Shown: positions 39,883 through 50,147 of the stretch, one piece after another
Numbering within the stretch: position 1 is the first letter of the stretch
How the letters are laid out: the number at the start of each line of letters is the position of its first letter
Assembly: GCA_963745035.1 (NCBI GenBank)
Contig: CAVUVW010000013.1
Location: 448,001 to 512,000 of the forward strand
DNA: 64,000 nt
Source: an uncultured delta proteobacterium
Lineage (GTDB): Bacteria > Desulfobacterota > Binatia > UBA9968
Direction: 5' to 3'
The notes under the pieces: model-generated
The model's database searches: none
What the model was told of the DNA's origin: nothing
Seen by the model: the letters and a program-made list of their open reading frames with translations, nothing else
Position numbers and translations under genes: made by a program

Positions 39883-42369
39883 TTAGGGTCGAAGCGGGAG
39901 CGGGCGATCGCGGTGATTCTTGCGCTCTGGCCGATCCCCCTGCGGCTTGGCGACCATGGCACTTCGCTTCGACTCGGCCGAGCGCTGTTTTTGCGCGCCC
40001 GCGCGCCGGGGCAGCAGCGCGACGTTCAGCACGTCCGACATGGTCTTGGCGACCACCCAGTTAAGTTTTCGCAGCAATGGTTTGGGGATTTCTTCCAAGT
40101 CTTTCTCGTTGCGGTCCGGAATGACGATCGTTTTGATCCCGGCGCGAAACGCCGCCAGGGATTTTTCTTTGAGGCCGCCGATCGGCAGCACCCTGCCGCG
40201 CAACGTGATTTCGCCGGTCATCGCCACATCGCGGCTCACGGCCCGGCGGGTGAGCGCCGAGATCAGCGCGGTAGCCATCGTGATGCCGGCCGAGGGGCCG
40301 TCTTTGGGAATGGCGCCCGCGGGCACGTGAATATGAATGTCCAGTTTCTGGTAGAAATCCGCTTCGATGCCGAGGGTCTTGGCATGGGCGCGCGCGTAGC
40401 TGACCGCCGCTTGCGCGGATTCCTTCATCACCTCGCCGAGCTGTCCGGTAAGAGTGAGATTGCCGCGCCCGCGCGAGAGCGAAGCCTCGACGTAGAGAAT
40501 CTCCCCACCCGTGCTCGTCCAGGCGAGGCCGGTCGCCACGCCGATTTCATGCTGCTCTTGCTCGGCTTCGGGCAGGAATTTGGGCGGTCCGAGAAACGCA
40601 TGCACGTTGGCGCGCGTCACCCGCGTCAGCTCGCTCTTGCCTTCCGCTACTTTGCGCGCCACCTTGCGGCACACGGAGGCGAGTTCGCGCTCGAAGTTTC
40701 TGAGCCCGGCTTCTTTCGTATACTCGGCGATCACGCGCAACACGGCGTCGTCGGAGATCTCGAGCCGCTCGGCGGAGATGCCGTTGTCGCTCAGTTGGCG
40801 CGGGATCAGATACTTCCGGGCAATCGCCAACTTGTCTTCGTTGGTGTAGCCGGAAAGCTGAATGACTTCCATCCGGTCGGCCAAGGCGGGCGGAATCGGG
40901 TCGAGCAGGTTCGCCGTGCAGATAAACAGCACATTGGAAAGATCGAAGGGCAAATTCAAATAATGATCGCTGAACGCGTGGTTCTGTTCGGGGTCCAAAA
41001 CTTCCAGAAGCGCGGCTGACGGGTCGCCGCGGAAGTCGGCGCCGACTTTGTCGATCTCGTCGAGCATGAAAACCGGATTGTTCGAACCCGCTTGCTTGAT
41101 TCCCTGAATGATCCGGCCGGGCAGCGCTCCGACGTAGGTGCGCCGGTGTCCGCGGATTTCCGCTTCATCACGCACGCCGCCCAAGGAGATACGCACAAAG
41201 TTGCGCCCGAGCGATCGGGCAATGGATCTTCCCAGCGAAGTTTTCCCAACCCCGGGGGGACCGACGAAGCAGAGGATCGGGCCTTTGATTTTGCGGCGTA
41301 ATTTATTGACCGCGAGATATTCCAGAATCCGCTCTTTGATTTTTTCGAGGTTGTAATGATCCTCGTCGAGAACTTCTTTGGCTTTTTGGATATTCAGGTT
41401 GTCTTTGGTGCGCTTGTTCCAGGGCAGCTCGACCAGCCAATCGAGATAGGTGCGGACCAATGAGGCCTCGGAGGATTCCGGGTGCATCTGTTCGAGGCGG
41501 CGCAGTTGCTTTTCGGCCTCGGGCTTGACCTCGGCCGGCATCTTCGCCTTCTCAATCTGTTTTTTGAGCTCGTTGATCTCCTCGGCGCGCTCGTCGCCCT
41601 CGCCCAGCTCTTGTTGAATTTGTTTTAACTGCTCGCGCAAATAATAGTCGCGCTGGGTCTTGCTCATCTCCTCCTTGGCTTGGCTCTGAATGCGCGCCTG
41701 CATGGCCGACAGCTCAAGCTCGCGGGTGAGAAGCTCGTTGACTTTCTTTAGGCGCTCAATGGGATCGAAAACTTCGAGAATCGCCTGGCTCTCGTCGATT
41801 TTCAGTCTGAGGTTCGACGCCACCAGATCCGCTAGCACACCGGGATCGCTGATGTTGTCGGTGACCATGACGATCTCGGGCGGCAGATTTTTGAGGTTGA
41901 GAATCTGCTCGATCTTTTCCTTCGCCGTGCGCATCAACGCTTCGACTTCGATCGGCACCTCGGCCAACGTCGGCTCAACGACTTTGCGGATCTTGACTTC
42001 GAAGAACGGCCGTTCACGCAGGTAGGTGTCGACCTCGCCCTTGGCCAGCCCTTGAACCAGGATCTTGACCCGGCCGTCGGCCAGCTTGAGCATGCGCATG
42101 ATCGACGCGATCGTACCGACGCGATGAATGTCGGCCGGCACCGGGGTTTCCTCGGCGGAATTGACCTGCGAAACGAGGAAAATCAAACGATCCCGCGCCA
42201 GCGCTTCTTCGACGGCGCGGATCGAGACATCGCGGCCAACGAAGAGCGGCAACATCATGTAAGGATAAATGACGATGTCGCGGATCGGCAGGAGCGGAAG
42301 CACCTCGGGAATCTCGACCTGAGAATTCTTGCTCTCCGAGTTCTCCGCCTTCCAGTCAGTTTCGCTCAT
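39883..42369 (-). CDS. lon: ATP-dependent protease La
   Basis: GPPGVGKT, PKDGPSAG and PIGGLKEK motifs. Confidence 0.98.
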   Translation of the reverse strand: MSETDWKAENSESKNSQVEIPEVLPLLPIRDIVIYPYMMLPLFVGRDVSIRAVEEALARDRLIFLVSQVNSAEETPVPADIHRVGTIASIMRMLKLADGRVKILVQGLAKGEVDTYLRERPFFEVKIRKVVEPTLAEVPIEVEALMRTAKEKIEQILNLKNLPPEIVMVTDNISDPGVLADLVASNLRLKIDESQAILEVFDPIERLKKVNELLTRELELSAMQARIQSQAKEEMSKTQRDYYLREQLKQIQQELGEGDERAEEINELKKQIEKAKMPAEVKPEAEKQLRRLEQMHPESSEASLVRTYLDWLVELPWNKRTKDNLNIQKAKEVLDEDHYNLEKIKERILEYLAVNKLRRKIKGPILCFVGPPGVGKTSLGRSIARSLGRNFVRISLGGVRDEAEIRGHRRTYVGALPGRIIQGIKQAGSNNPVFMLDEIDKVGADFRGDPSAALLEVLDPEQNHAFSDHYLNLPFDLSNVLFICTANLLDPIPPALADRMEVIQLSGYTNEDKLAIARKYLIPRQLSDNGISAERLEISDDAVLRVIAEYTKEAGLRNFERELASVCRKVARKVAEGKSELTRVTRANVHAFLGPPKFLPEAEQEQHEIGVATGLAWTSTGGEILYVEASLSRGRGNLTLTGQLGEVMKESAQAAVSYARAHAKTLGIEADFYQKLDIHIHVPAGAIPKDGPSAGITMATALISALTRRAVSRDVAMTGEITLRGRVLPIGGLKEKSLAAFRAGIKTIVIPDRNEKDLEEIPKPLLRKLNWVVAKTMSDVLNVALLPRRAGAQKQRSAESKRSAMVAKPQGDRPERKNHRDRPLPLRP

Positions 42370-42375
42370 GGGGTC

Positions 42376-42404
42376 AACTTACTCAGCCCGGTAACCCAGG
42401 TCAA
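42376..42404 (-). promoter_or_regulatory. sigma70-type promoter abutting the lon start (candidate leaderless transcript)
   Basis: TTGACC-17 nt-TAAGTT ends 6 nt before ATG 42369; no Shine-Dalgarno sequence. Confidence 0.5.
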
Positions 42405-42459
42405 CTACAATCGCATGGGAACTCGGTTTTTTTGCGTCGCGGAAGGAGAAAAACGGAAT

Positions 42460-43569
42460 TTAACCAAAGAGCTCCTTCATCTTGTCGAAGAAGCCTTTGG
42501 AAAGGGGGTTCACCTCTTCGCCGCCCAGCGCAGCGAATTCTTTGAGTAGTTCCTTTTGCTTCGGCGTCAGACGCGCCGGAGTTTCGACCGTGACGCGGAC
42601 ATGCTGATCGCCGTGATGGGCGCCGTGAACGTCTTTGATTCCTTTCCCTTTCATGCGGAACAGCTTGCCCGACTGCGTGCCGGCGGGGATTTTCATTTTC
42701 ACTTTGCCATCGAGGGTCGGCACGTCGATCTCCGCGCCCAGAGCCGCCTGGACGAAGCTGATCGGCACGTCGCAGACGATATCGAGTTGATCGCGCAGGA
42801 AAATCGGGTGCGCCTCGACTTGAATGACGACATATAGATCGCCCGGCGCGCCTCCGGCGGGAGCGCTTTCACCTTCGCCGCGAAGCTTCAGCCGCGATCC
42901 GTTGTCAACGCCGGCGGGAATCTTTACGCTCAGCGTGTGCATGGCGCGCACCCGGCCGGCTCCGGCGCAAGTGGGACACGGTTCCTTGATGATCGTGCCT
43001 TGTCCGTGACATTGGTTGCAAGTCCGGGAGACGCTGAAAAATCCCTGTTGAAAACTGACCTGACCGCGCCCGCGGCAAGTTGGGCAAGTCTGCGGCGCGG
43101 TGCCCGGTTTAGCGCCGTTGCCGCGGCACGTTTCACAGGTTCCATGCCTGGGAATCTTTATCTTTTTTTCGACGCCTGAAATCGCTTCCTCAAATTTCAG
43201 GTTCAGGTTATAGCGCAGGTCTTGCCCGCGCCCACGCCGCCGTCCGGTGGAGCCGCCGAAGAACTCGCCGAAAATATCGCTGAAGACGTCTTCGAAGCCC
43301 CCGGAAAAGTCGAACCCGCCACCGGCGAATGGACCTCCGTCACCAAATGCCGCGTGTCCGAACTGATCATATTGCGAGCGCTTCTGAGAGTCGGAGAGCA
43401 CGGAATAGGCCTCCGAGACCTCCTTGAATTTCTCCTCGGCCTGCTTATCTCCGGGATTGCGGTCCGGGTGGTATTGCAAAGCCAGCTTCCGGTAAGCTTT
43501 CTTGATTTCCTCATCGCTCGCGCTTCGACCGATGCCGAGTAATTCGTAATAGTCTTTCTTGGTCGCCAA
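42460..43569 (-). CDS. dnaJ: Chaperone DnaJ
   Basis: HPD J-domain, G/F-rich region and four CxxCxGxG repeats; TTG start. Confidence 0.98.
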   Translation of the reverse strand: MATKKDYYELLGIGRSASDEEIKKAYRKLALQYHPDRNPGDKQAEEKFKEVSEAYSVLSDSQKRSQYDQFGHAAFGDGGPFAGGGFDFSGGFEDVFSDIFGEFFGGSTGRRRGRGQDLRYNLNLKFEEAISGVEKKIKIPRHGTCETCRGNGAKPGTAPQTCPTCRGRGQVSFQQGFFSVSRTCNQCHGQGTIIKEPCPTCAGAGRVRAMHTLSVKIPAGVDNGSRLKLRGEGESAPAGGAPGDLYVVIQVEAHPIFLRDQLDIVCDVPISFVQAALGAEIDVPTLDGKVKMKIPAGTQSGKLFRMKGKGIKDVHGAHHGDQHVRVTVETPARLTPKQKELLKEFAALGGEEVNPLSKGFFDKMKELFG

Positions 43570-43608
43570 TCCGCAGTCCTCAAAAGTAACGGCTAATCTT
43601 TACACGAC

Positions 43609-43648
43609 AAAAAAAGCCCCTCTCCTCAGCTGCGGGAGTAGGGGCTTT
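43609..43648 (-). terminator. Intrinsic terminator after dnaK
   Basis: AAAGCCCCT-CTCC/GGAG-T-AGGGGCTTT stem with T7 on the minus strand. Confidence 0.78.
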
Positions 43649-43683
43649 GAGTGAAATGGATTTTTACTTTCGCCCCGATCTCG

Positions 43684-45609
43684 CTATTCCTTGACCTCCG
43701 TGAAATCAGCGTCCACCACATCGTCCTTTTTCTTACCGCCCTCCGCGCGTCCGCCGCTTTCACCGTCCCCGGCTCCCTCCTTCTTCTCCGCCGCTTGTTG
43801 CTGCGAGGCTTTGGCGTACATCGCTTCGGCCAATTTGTGCGACGACTGACTCAGTTCTTCCGCCGCTTTGCGCATGGCGTCGGCGTCCTGGCTTTCCATG
43901 ACTTCCTTGGCTTTCTTGAGCGCGCTCTCGATGTTCTCTTTCACGCTGCCTTCCAACTCGGCGCCGTACTCTTTGAGACTTTTTTCCGTCGAGTAGATCA
44001 AGCTGTCGAGCTGGTTGCGCGCCTCCACGGTGTCTTTGCGCTTGCGGTCGTCGGCCGCGTGCGCCGCGGCATCGCCCACCATCTTTTTGATCTCTTCTTC
44101 GCTGAGGCCGCTGGAAGCCGTGATCTTGATCGACTGTTCCTTGCCGGTGCCGAGGTCCTTGGCCGCGACGTGGACGATACCGTTGGCGTCGATGTCGAAG
44201 GTCACTTCGATTTGCGGCATACCGCGCGGCGCCATGGGAATGCCGACGAGATCGAACTGGCCGAGGAGTTTATTGTCGACCGCCATTTCCCGCTCACCCT
44301 GGAACACGCGGATGGAAACCGCCGACTGATTATCTTGCGCTGTCGAGAAAGTCTGGCTTTTTTTCGTCGGGATCGTGGTATTGCGCTCGATCAACTTGGT
44401 AAAGACGCCGCCGAGAGTTTCAATGCCAAGCGAAAGCGGCGTAACATCCAAAAGCAGCACGTCTTTCACTTCGCCCGTCAGCACCGCGCCTTGAATGGCC
44501 GCGCCCACCGCGACGACTTCGTCAGGATTTACGCCCTTGTGCGGATCCTTGCCAAAAATCTTTTTCACGCGCTCCTGAACCGCCGGCATGCGTGTCATGC
44601 CGCCGACCAGGATGACTTCGTGGATGTCGCTGGCGCTCAGTCCCGCATCTTTCATCGCTTGACGGCACGGGCCTTCCATGCGGTCGATCAGGTCGGCGCA
44701 AAGCGCTTCAAGCTTCGAGCGCGTGAGCTTCATGTTGAGATGCTTTGGCCCTTGCTGGTCGGCGGTAATGAAAGGAAGATTGATGTCGGTCTCCATCGAG
44801 GACGAAAGCTCGCACTTAGCCTTCTCCGCCGCCTCCTTAAGACGCTGTAGCGCCATGCGATCTTTGCGCAGATCGATGCCCTGGTCTTTTTTGAACTCAT
44901 CGGCCAGATAGTCGATGACGCGCTGGTCGAAATCTTCGCCGCCGAGGAAAGTGTCGCCGTTGGTCGCCTTGACTTCGAAGACGCCGTCCCCCAACTCCAA
45001 GATGGAAATATCGAAGGTGCCGCCGCCCAAGTCGAAAACCGCGATCTTTTCATCTTTCTTTTTGTCGAGGCCGTAGGCGAGCGAGGCGGCGGTGGGCTCG
45101 TTAATTATCCGCAAAACATTCAGGCCGGCGATGCGCCCGGCGTCTTTGGTCGCCTGCCGCTGACTGTCGTTAAAGTAAGCGGGCACCGTGATGACGGCTT
45201 CGGTGACTTTTTCACCCAGATAATCTTCGGCGGACTGTTTCATTTTTTGCAAAATGAAAGCCGAGATTTCGGCCGGGCTGTAGCTCTTGCCGCGGCTTTC
45301 CACCCAGGCATCGCCGTTGTCGTTGCGCACAATTTTATAAGGAAGAAGACTTGCCGCCTTTTGCACCATCGGATCGTCACTACGTCGCCCGATCAGGCGC
45401 TTTACGGCAGAAATTGTATTTTCTGGATTGGTGATCGCCTGGCGCCGAGCGATTTGTCCTACCAGCCGTTCGCCGCTCTCGGCAAAGGCAACGACGGAGG
45501 GAGTTGTGCGGCTGCCTTCGGCATTGGCCAGAACGTTCGGGTCGCCACTCTCCATAATCGCCACACAAGAGTTAGTCGTCCCCAAATCTATTCCAATAAC
45601 TTTTGCCAT
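43684..45609 (-). CDS. dnaK: Chaperone DnaK
   Basis: [17 protein letters not shown] and DLGGGTFD motifs. Confidence 0.99.
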   Translation of the reverse strand: MAKVIGIDLGTTNSCVAIMESGDPNVLANAEGSRTTPSVVAFAESGERLVGQIARRQAITNPENTISAVKRLIGRRSDDPMVQKAASLLPYKIVRNDNGDAWVESRGKSYSPAEISAFILQKMKQSAEDYLGEKVTEAVITVPAYFNDSQRQATKDAGRIAGLNVLRIINEPTAASLAYGLDKKKDEKIAVFDLGGGTFDISILELGDGVFEVKATNGDTFLGGEDFDQRVIDYLADEFKKDQGIDLRKDRMALQRLKEAAEKAKCELSSSMETDINLPFITADQQGPKHLNMKLTRSKLEALCADLIDRMEGPCRQAMKDAGLSASDIHEVILVGGMTRMPAVQERVKKIFGKDPHKGVNPDEVVAVGAAIQGAVLTGEVKDVLLLDVTPLSLGIETLGGVFTKLIERNTTIPTKKSQTFSTAQDNQSAVSIRVFQGEREMAVDNKLLGQFDLVGIPMAPRGMPQIEVTFDIDANGIVHVAAKDLGTGKEQSIKITASSGLSEEEIKKMVGDAAAHAADDRKRKDTVEARNQLDSLIYSTEKSLKEYGAELEGSVKENIESALKKAKEVMESQDADAMRKAAEELSQSSHKLAEAMYAKASQQQAAEKKEGAGDGESGGRAEGGKKKDDVVDADFTEVKE

Positions 45610-45694
45610 CTCAAAGACTCCTCAAAATCAAAAAATCAAACCAGTTTAAACTTCGATTAAACTTAACAATAATGATAATAAGAATGAACGGTAT

Positions 45695-46279
45695 TTAATC
45701 ATCGCTTGGGTCGTTTTCAACCTCGCCTTCGGCGTTTTTTTTCTGTTGTGTTTCTAATCCTTTAGCTACACTTACCAAAGCCGGCCGGAGGAGTCGGTCG
45801 CGGAGCATGTACCCTTTGTGGAGCTCTTCTACAACTGAGTTAGGTTCATGGACATCGCTTTCGACCTGAGCTATCGCTTCGTGCTTGGCAGGGTCGAACG
45901 GCTGCCCGAGCGCCGAAACCTGAGTTACACCGTGCTTGGCTAGGACGTCGACTAGGCCCTTTAAAACCATTTCCACGCCTTCAACGATCGGCTTCCCGTT
46001 GCCTCCACCCGAAGCATGGGCGACGGCGCGTTCGAGATTGTCGACCACCGAGAGAAGATCTTTGATCAAAGCTTCGTTGGCGAACCGAGAAACCTCTTCC
46101 CGTTCGCGGGCGCTTCGTCTCTTTAAGTTTTCCAGTTCGGCTACTTGGCGCAAGAAGCGATCATAGTTTTGTTTTGCCTCCAACTCCTTGGCGGCAACTT
46201 CCTGACGCAGGGTTTCCATCTCCGAGTCGCCGGATGTGACATTTTCACTCGGCGCCGTTTCCGCGGCTTGCTCATCCAT
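45695..46279 (-). CDS. grpE: Nucleotide exchange factor GrpE (N-terminus probably extends to 46322 across a 1-nt indel)
   Basis: AELEN..RR, DNLERA, FDP..HEA and GYML.DRLLRPA.V.V motifs. Confidence 0.96.
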   Translation of the reverse strand: MDEQAAETAPSENVTSGDSEMETLRQEVAAKELEAKQNYDRFLRQVAELENLKRRSAREREEVSRFANEALIKDLLSVVDNLERAVAHASGGGNGKPIVEGVEMVLKGLVDVLAKHGVTQVSALGQPFDPAKHEAIAQVESDVHEPNSVVEELHKGYMLRDRLLRPALVSVAKGLETQQKKNAEGEVENDPSDD

Positions 46280-46357
46280 CTTGGCTTCGTCAGGCTTCTA
46301 TTTCTTTCGTATCCTGCGTCATATTTCATTGCTTCTCCTCAACTGTGATTGCTCGAA

Positions 46358-46386
46358 ACGCTAACCACGAAGGATTCGGGTGTCAA
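46358..46386 (-). promoter_or_regulatory. sigma70-type promoter of grpE-dnaK
   Basis: TTGACA-17 nt-TAGCGT upstream of GAGGAG at 46335-46340. Confidence 0.6.
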
Positions 46387-46479
46387 GTTGCGCCCCATAA
46401 AATTCCTTAGATTTTTTCTATAGTTGTCTCATTTCCGAAAAAGTGCTAAAAGTTTCTTAGCAGATCAGCAAAGGTCCAA

Positions 46480-47244
46480 ATGCGTCTTAGTCTGGTAAGT
46501 CCCGCCATCGTGCTGCGCACGCGCCCTTTCGGTGAATCTGACAAAATCGTTTCCTTTTTGACCGAGAATCATGGAAAGTTTACCGGTATCGCCAAAGGCG
46601 CTTTCCGGTCGCGCAAACGCTTTGTAAATTCCTTGGAGCCGTTCTCGCTGGTCAATTTGTCCTTCCAAGATCGCGCCCATAACAATCTGTCGTTTCTCTT
46701 GGCGGCCGACTTGATCCAGGGGCCCGGCGCCCTGATGACCGACCTCGAGCGCATCGCCCACGCATCTTATTTGGTCGAGATCACGGATGGTCTGATTGGC
46801 GAACGGGAGGAGAATCGAGCGGTCTTCGAGCACTTACAAGGCGGTCTTCGTCACTTGGAGCAGAACGGCGCATCGCTGCGCTTTCTCACGAGCTTCGAGC
46901 TCAAGCTGTTGCGCTTGACGGGCTATCAACCCGCTTTGGACAATTGTAAAAAATGCCGGCGACGCTGGCCTGATGGATCATCTCAGTGGTATTTTAGTCT
47001 CTTGGACGGCGGCTTAGTCTGTGATTCTTGTTCGCGCTCATGCAGAGAGCTGCTGCCGCTTGGTAGAACCGCCGTGGAGATCTTGGCCGCGCTGCAAGCG
47101 GAAGAGGCCAGTTTGCCTGGCCGTGTGTCGCTCCCAGCCACGGTGATCGCGGAAATGCGCGCCGCGCTGTCGCGGTTCATTCAGTATCATATGGGCCGGG
47201 AAATCAAATCCGCACCCTTCCTCCCTCCGTTCTCTTCAGCATAA
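46480..47244 (+). CDS. recO: DNA repair protein RecO
   Basis: GESDKIV.FLT..HGK..GIAKGA.RS.KRF, LEPF, FELKLL..GYQP and CxxC...CxxC motifs. Confidence 0.94.
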   Translation: MRLSLVSPAIVLRTRPFGESDKIVSFLTENHGKFTGIAKGAFRSRKRFVNSLEPFSLVNLSFQDRAHNNLSFLLAADLIQGPGALMTDLERIAHASYLVEITDGLIGEREENRAVFEHLQGGLRHLEQNGASLRFLTSFELKLLRLTGYQPALDNCKKCRRRWPDGSSQWYFSLLDGGLVCDSCSRSCRELLPLGRTAVEILAALQAEEASLPGRVSLPATVIAEMRAALSRFIQYHMGREIKSAPFLPPFSSA

Positions 47245-47313
47245 TCTCGCATTGACAATCTTTCGTGCCGTGAGGCGGCGAAAGTAATCCGACGGCAACG
47301 AGGAGAAAGAACC

Positions 47314-50031
47314 ATGCCCGACAAGAAAAAATTCGTGTATTCCTTTGGCAACGGCAAGGCCGACGGCCATGCCCGGATGCGTGAGCTTCTCGGCGGAAAA
47401 GGAGCCGGCTTGCATGAAATGACCCGCATCGGCATTCCGGTTCCGCCCGGCTTTACGATCACCACCGAGGTTTGCAGATACTATTACGACCACGACCGCC
47501 GCTACCCGAAGGAGCTGGGCGCCCGTGTCGAGGCCGGACTCGGGCGCATGGAAAAAATTCTCGGCCGGCGCTTTGGCGACGCCGCCAATCCGCTTCTGGT
47601 TTCGGTCCGTTCAGGGGCGCGCGAATCCATGCCGGGAATGATGGACACGGTGCTCAATTTGGGCCTCAACGATCGAACGGTACAGGGTTTGATCGAGCGC
47701 ACGCGCAATCCGCGCTTCGCTTTCGACGCCTACAGGCGCTTCATTCAAATGTACGCGGATGTGGTGCTGGGCATCAAGCAGCACGCCGGCGCGGATCCGC
47801 TCGAAGCGATCCTCGAACAGAAAAAAAAGTCGCGCGGGGCGCGGTTCGACACCGATCTCGAAGCCCAGGACCTGGAAGCGTTGGTGAAAGAGTACAAAGC
47901 CGAGATCAAGTCGAGCTTGCGCAAAGAGTTTCCCGAGGAACCGTTCGAGCAGCTCTGGGGTGCCATCGGGGCGGTGTTTGGCTCGTGGAACAACGATCGC
48001 GCGATCGCGTATCGCGAGCTTTACCAAATCCCGGACTGGTGGGGCACTGCCGTCAACGTGCAGGCGATGGTGTTCGGCAATCTCGGCGACGACTGCGCCA
48101 CGGGGGTGGCCTTCACGCGCGATCCCTCGACGGGCGACAAGCGATTTTACGGCGAGTTTCTGATCAACGCGCAAGGCGAGGATGTCGTCGCAGGCATTCG
48201 CACGCCCAAGCCGATCGCCGAGTTGAGGCAAGTTTTGCCGAAAGCGTCGGCCGAGCTGCGCCGCGTGTGCACGTCGCTCGAAAAGCATTATCGCGACATG
48301 CAGGACATCGAGTTCACCATTGAAAACGGCAGGCTCTGGATGCTGCAAACGCGCGCCGGCAAGCGCACCGGCTTTGCCGCCGTGCGGCTCGCAGTGGATA
48401 TGGTCGAAGAAAAGATCATCGACAGGAAAGAGGCCTTGCGGCGTATCGAGCCCGATCAGCTCAATCAATTGTTGCGGCCGATCTTCGATCAAAAGGGCAA
48501 AGAGAAAGCGCACAAAGCCGGAGGCCTCCTTGGCAAAGGCTTGCCTGCCGGGCCGGGAGCGGCCACCGGTCGAGTGGTTTTTCAGGCCGAGGATGCGGTC
48601 GAATGGAAAAAACGCGGGGAGCGCGTGATTTTGTGCCGGATCGAAACCAGCCCCGACGACATCCGCGGCATGGACGCGGCGCAGGGAATTCTCACCGCCC
48701 GCGGCGGCATGACCTCCCATGCCGCGCTGGTCGCGCGCCAGATGGGCAAAGTTTGCGTCGCCGGCTGCGAGGCCTTGCACCTTGACTACGGGGCGCGAAT
48801 CCTGCGGGTCGACGAGCGCGCGCTCAAGGAAGGCGATTGGATTTCTATCGACGGTAGCACCGGCGAAGTTTTCCAAGGCGAAATTCAGACTTTGCCGTCC
48901 GAGGTTCTTCAGGTTCTTATGGCCGGCTCTCTGGAGGCAAAAAAATCCCGTATCTATCAGCAATTCGCCAAGCTGATGAAATGGGCCGACGAGGTGCGCA
49001 CCTTCGGCGTGAGAACCAACGCCGACCAACCCGACCAAGCCGCTATCGCCAAAGCGTTCGGTAGCGAGGGAATCGGTCTTTGCCGGACCGAGCATATGTT
49101 TTTTCAGAGCGATCGCATCCAAGCGGTGCGTGAGATGATCCTTGCCGACGATGAAGCGGGTCGGCGCCGCGCGCTCGCCAAGCTCCTGCCGATGCAAAAA
49201 GAAGATTTCAAGGATATTTTGCGGATCATGGGGGGCTTGCCGGTGACGATTCGAACGCTGGACCCGCCGCTTCATGAGTTTCTGCCGAAGCATGACGAGG
49301 AAATCATCGAGCTCGCGCAGGTCATGAGTGTGCCCGTCGAGGTGCTGCGCGATAAAGTCAATGTGTTGCAGGAGTTCAATCCCATGCTCGGCCACCGGGG
49401 CTGCCGCCTGGGAATTTCCTATCCGGAAATTACCGAAATGCAGGCGCAGGCGATCTTCGAAGCGGCTTGCGAGCTGCGCCGCGAAGGCAAAAACCCGTTT
49501 CCCGAGATTATGATTCCGCTGGTGGGCTCGCGCCAGGAGTTGCGCGAGCAAAAAAACATCGTGGAGCGTGTCGCCCATGCCACGCAAAAATCCTACGGCG
49601 TCAAAGTGCACTATCTGATCGGCACGATGATCGAACTGCCGCGCGCCTGTATGGTCGCAGACGAGATCGCCGACGAGGCCGAATTCTTTTCCTTCGGGAC
49701 CAATGATCTGACGCAAACGTGCCTGGGATTGTCGCGCGACGATGCCGGGAAATTCCTGCCAACTTACGTCGTAAACGGGCTGTTACCTCAGGACCCCTTC
49801 GTTAGCATCGATCGTGAAGGCGTCGGCGCGCTCATGCGCATCGCCGTCGCCAAAGGTCGTAGAAGACGCAAGAATCTCGAAATAGGCATTTGCGGCGAGC
49901 ACGGCGGTGATCCGAAATCGGTGGCGTTTTGTCATGAAATCGGTCTGAGTTACGTAAGTTGTTCACCCTATCGGGTGGCCATTGCAAAACTCGCCGCAGC
50001 TCAAGCGGCTCTGTCAAGAAAGAAAAATTAG
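47314..50031 (+). CDS. ppdK: Pyruvate, phosphate dikinase
   Basis: [38 protein letters not shown] and CGEHGG motifs. Confidence 0.98.
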   Translation: MPDKKKFVYSFGNGKADGHARMRELLGGKGAGLHEMTRIGIPVPPGFTITTEVCRYYYDHDRRYPKELGARVEAGLGRMEKILGRRFGDAANPLLVSVRSGARESMPGMMDTVLNLGLNDRTVQGLIERTRNPRFAFDAYRRFIQMYADVVLGIKQHAGADPLEAILEQKKKSRGARFDTDLEAQDLEALVKEYKAEIKSSLRKEFPEEPFEQLWGAIGAVFGSWNNDRAIAYRELYQIPDWWGTAVNVQAMVFGNLGDDCATGVAFTRDPSTGDKRFYGEFLINAQGEDVVAGIRTPKPIAELRQVLPKASAELRRVCTSLEKHYRDMQDIEFTIENGRLWMLQTRAGKRTGFAAVRLAVDMVEEKIIDRKEALRRIEPDQLNQLLRPIFDQKGKEKAHKAGGLLGKGLPAGPGAATGRVVFQAEDAVEWKKRGERVILCRIETSPDDIRGMDAAQGILTARGGMTSHAALVARQMGKVCVAGCEALHLDYGARILRVDERALKEGDWISIDGSTGEVFQGEIQTLPSEVLQVLMAGSLEAKKSRIYQQFAKLMKWADEVRTFGVRTNADQPDQAAIAKAFGSEGIGLCRTEHMFFQSDRIQAVREMILADDEAGRRRALAKLLPMQKEDFKDILRIMGGLPVTIRTLDPPLHEFLPKHDEEIIELAQVMSVPVEVLRDKVNVLQEFNPMLGHRGCRLGISYPEITEMQAQAIFEAACELRREGKNPFPEIMIPLVGSRQELREQKNIVERVAHATQKSYGVKVHYLIGTMIELPRACMVADEIADEAEFFSFGTNDLTQTCLGLSRDDAGKFLPTYVVNGLLPQDPFVSIDREGVGALMRIAVAKGRRRRKNLEIGICGEHGGDPKSVAFCHEIGLSYVSCSPYRVAIAKLAAAQAALSRKKN

Positions 50032-50058
50032 CTAGAGTTTTAGGTAAGTTACAGAAAT

Positions 50059-50126
50059 AAACCTCCGTTCTCTTTTCGTGAAACCTCCGACATTTTGTTG
50101 ACAGGTTATTGCCGATCTACGATAAT
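50059..50126 (+). promoter_or_regulatory. pilB promoter with an upstream 9-bp direct repeat
   Basis: TTGACA (50098-50103)-17 nt-GATAAT (50121-50126); AAACCTCCG at 50059 and 50081. Confidence 0.6.
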
Positions 50127-50147
50127 TTAGTCCTTTCGCAGAAAAGC

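Noticed and set aside
46421-46449. Possible CIRCE element upstream of grpE (AAGTGCTAA)
   Set aside because: Only the right half-site resembles GAGTGCTAA. There is no TTAGCACTC 9 bp upstream and no hrcA in the window.
47611-49716. Long antisense ORFs (701 aa here; also 2997-4520, 17245-18600, 43651-44850 and others)
   Set aside because: They are shadow frames opposite well-conserved genes in GC-rich DNA and carry no recognisable motifs.
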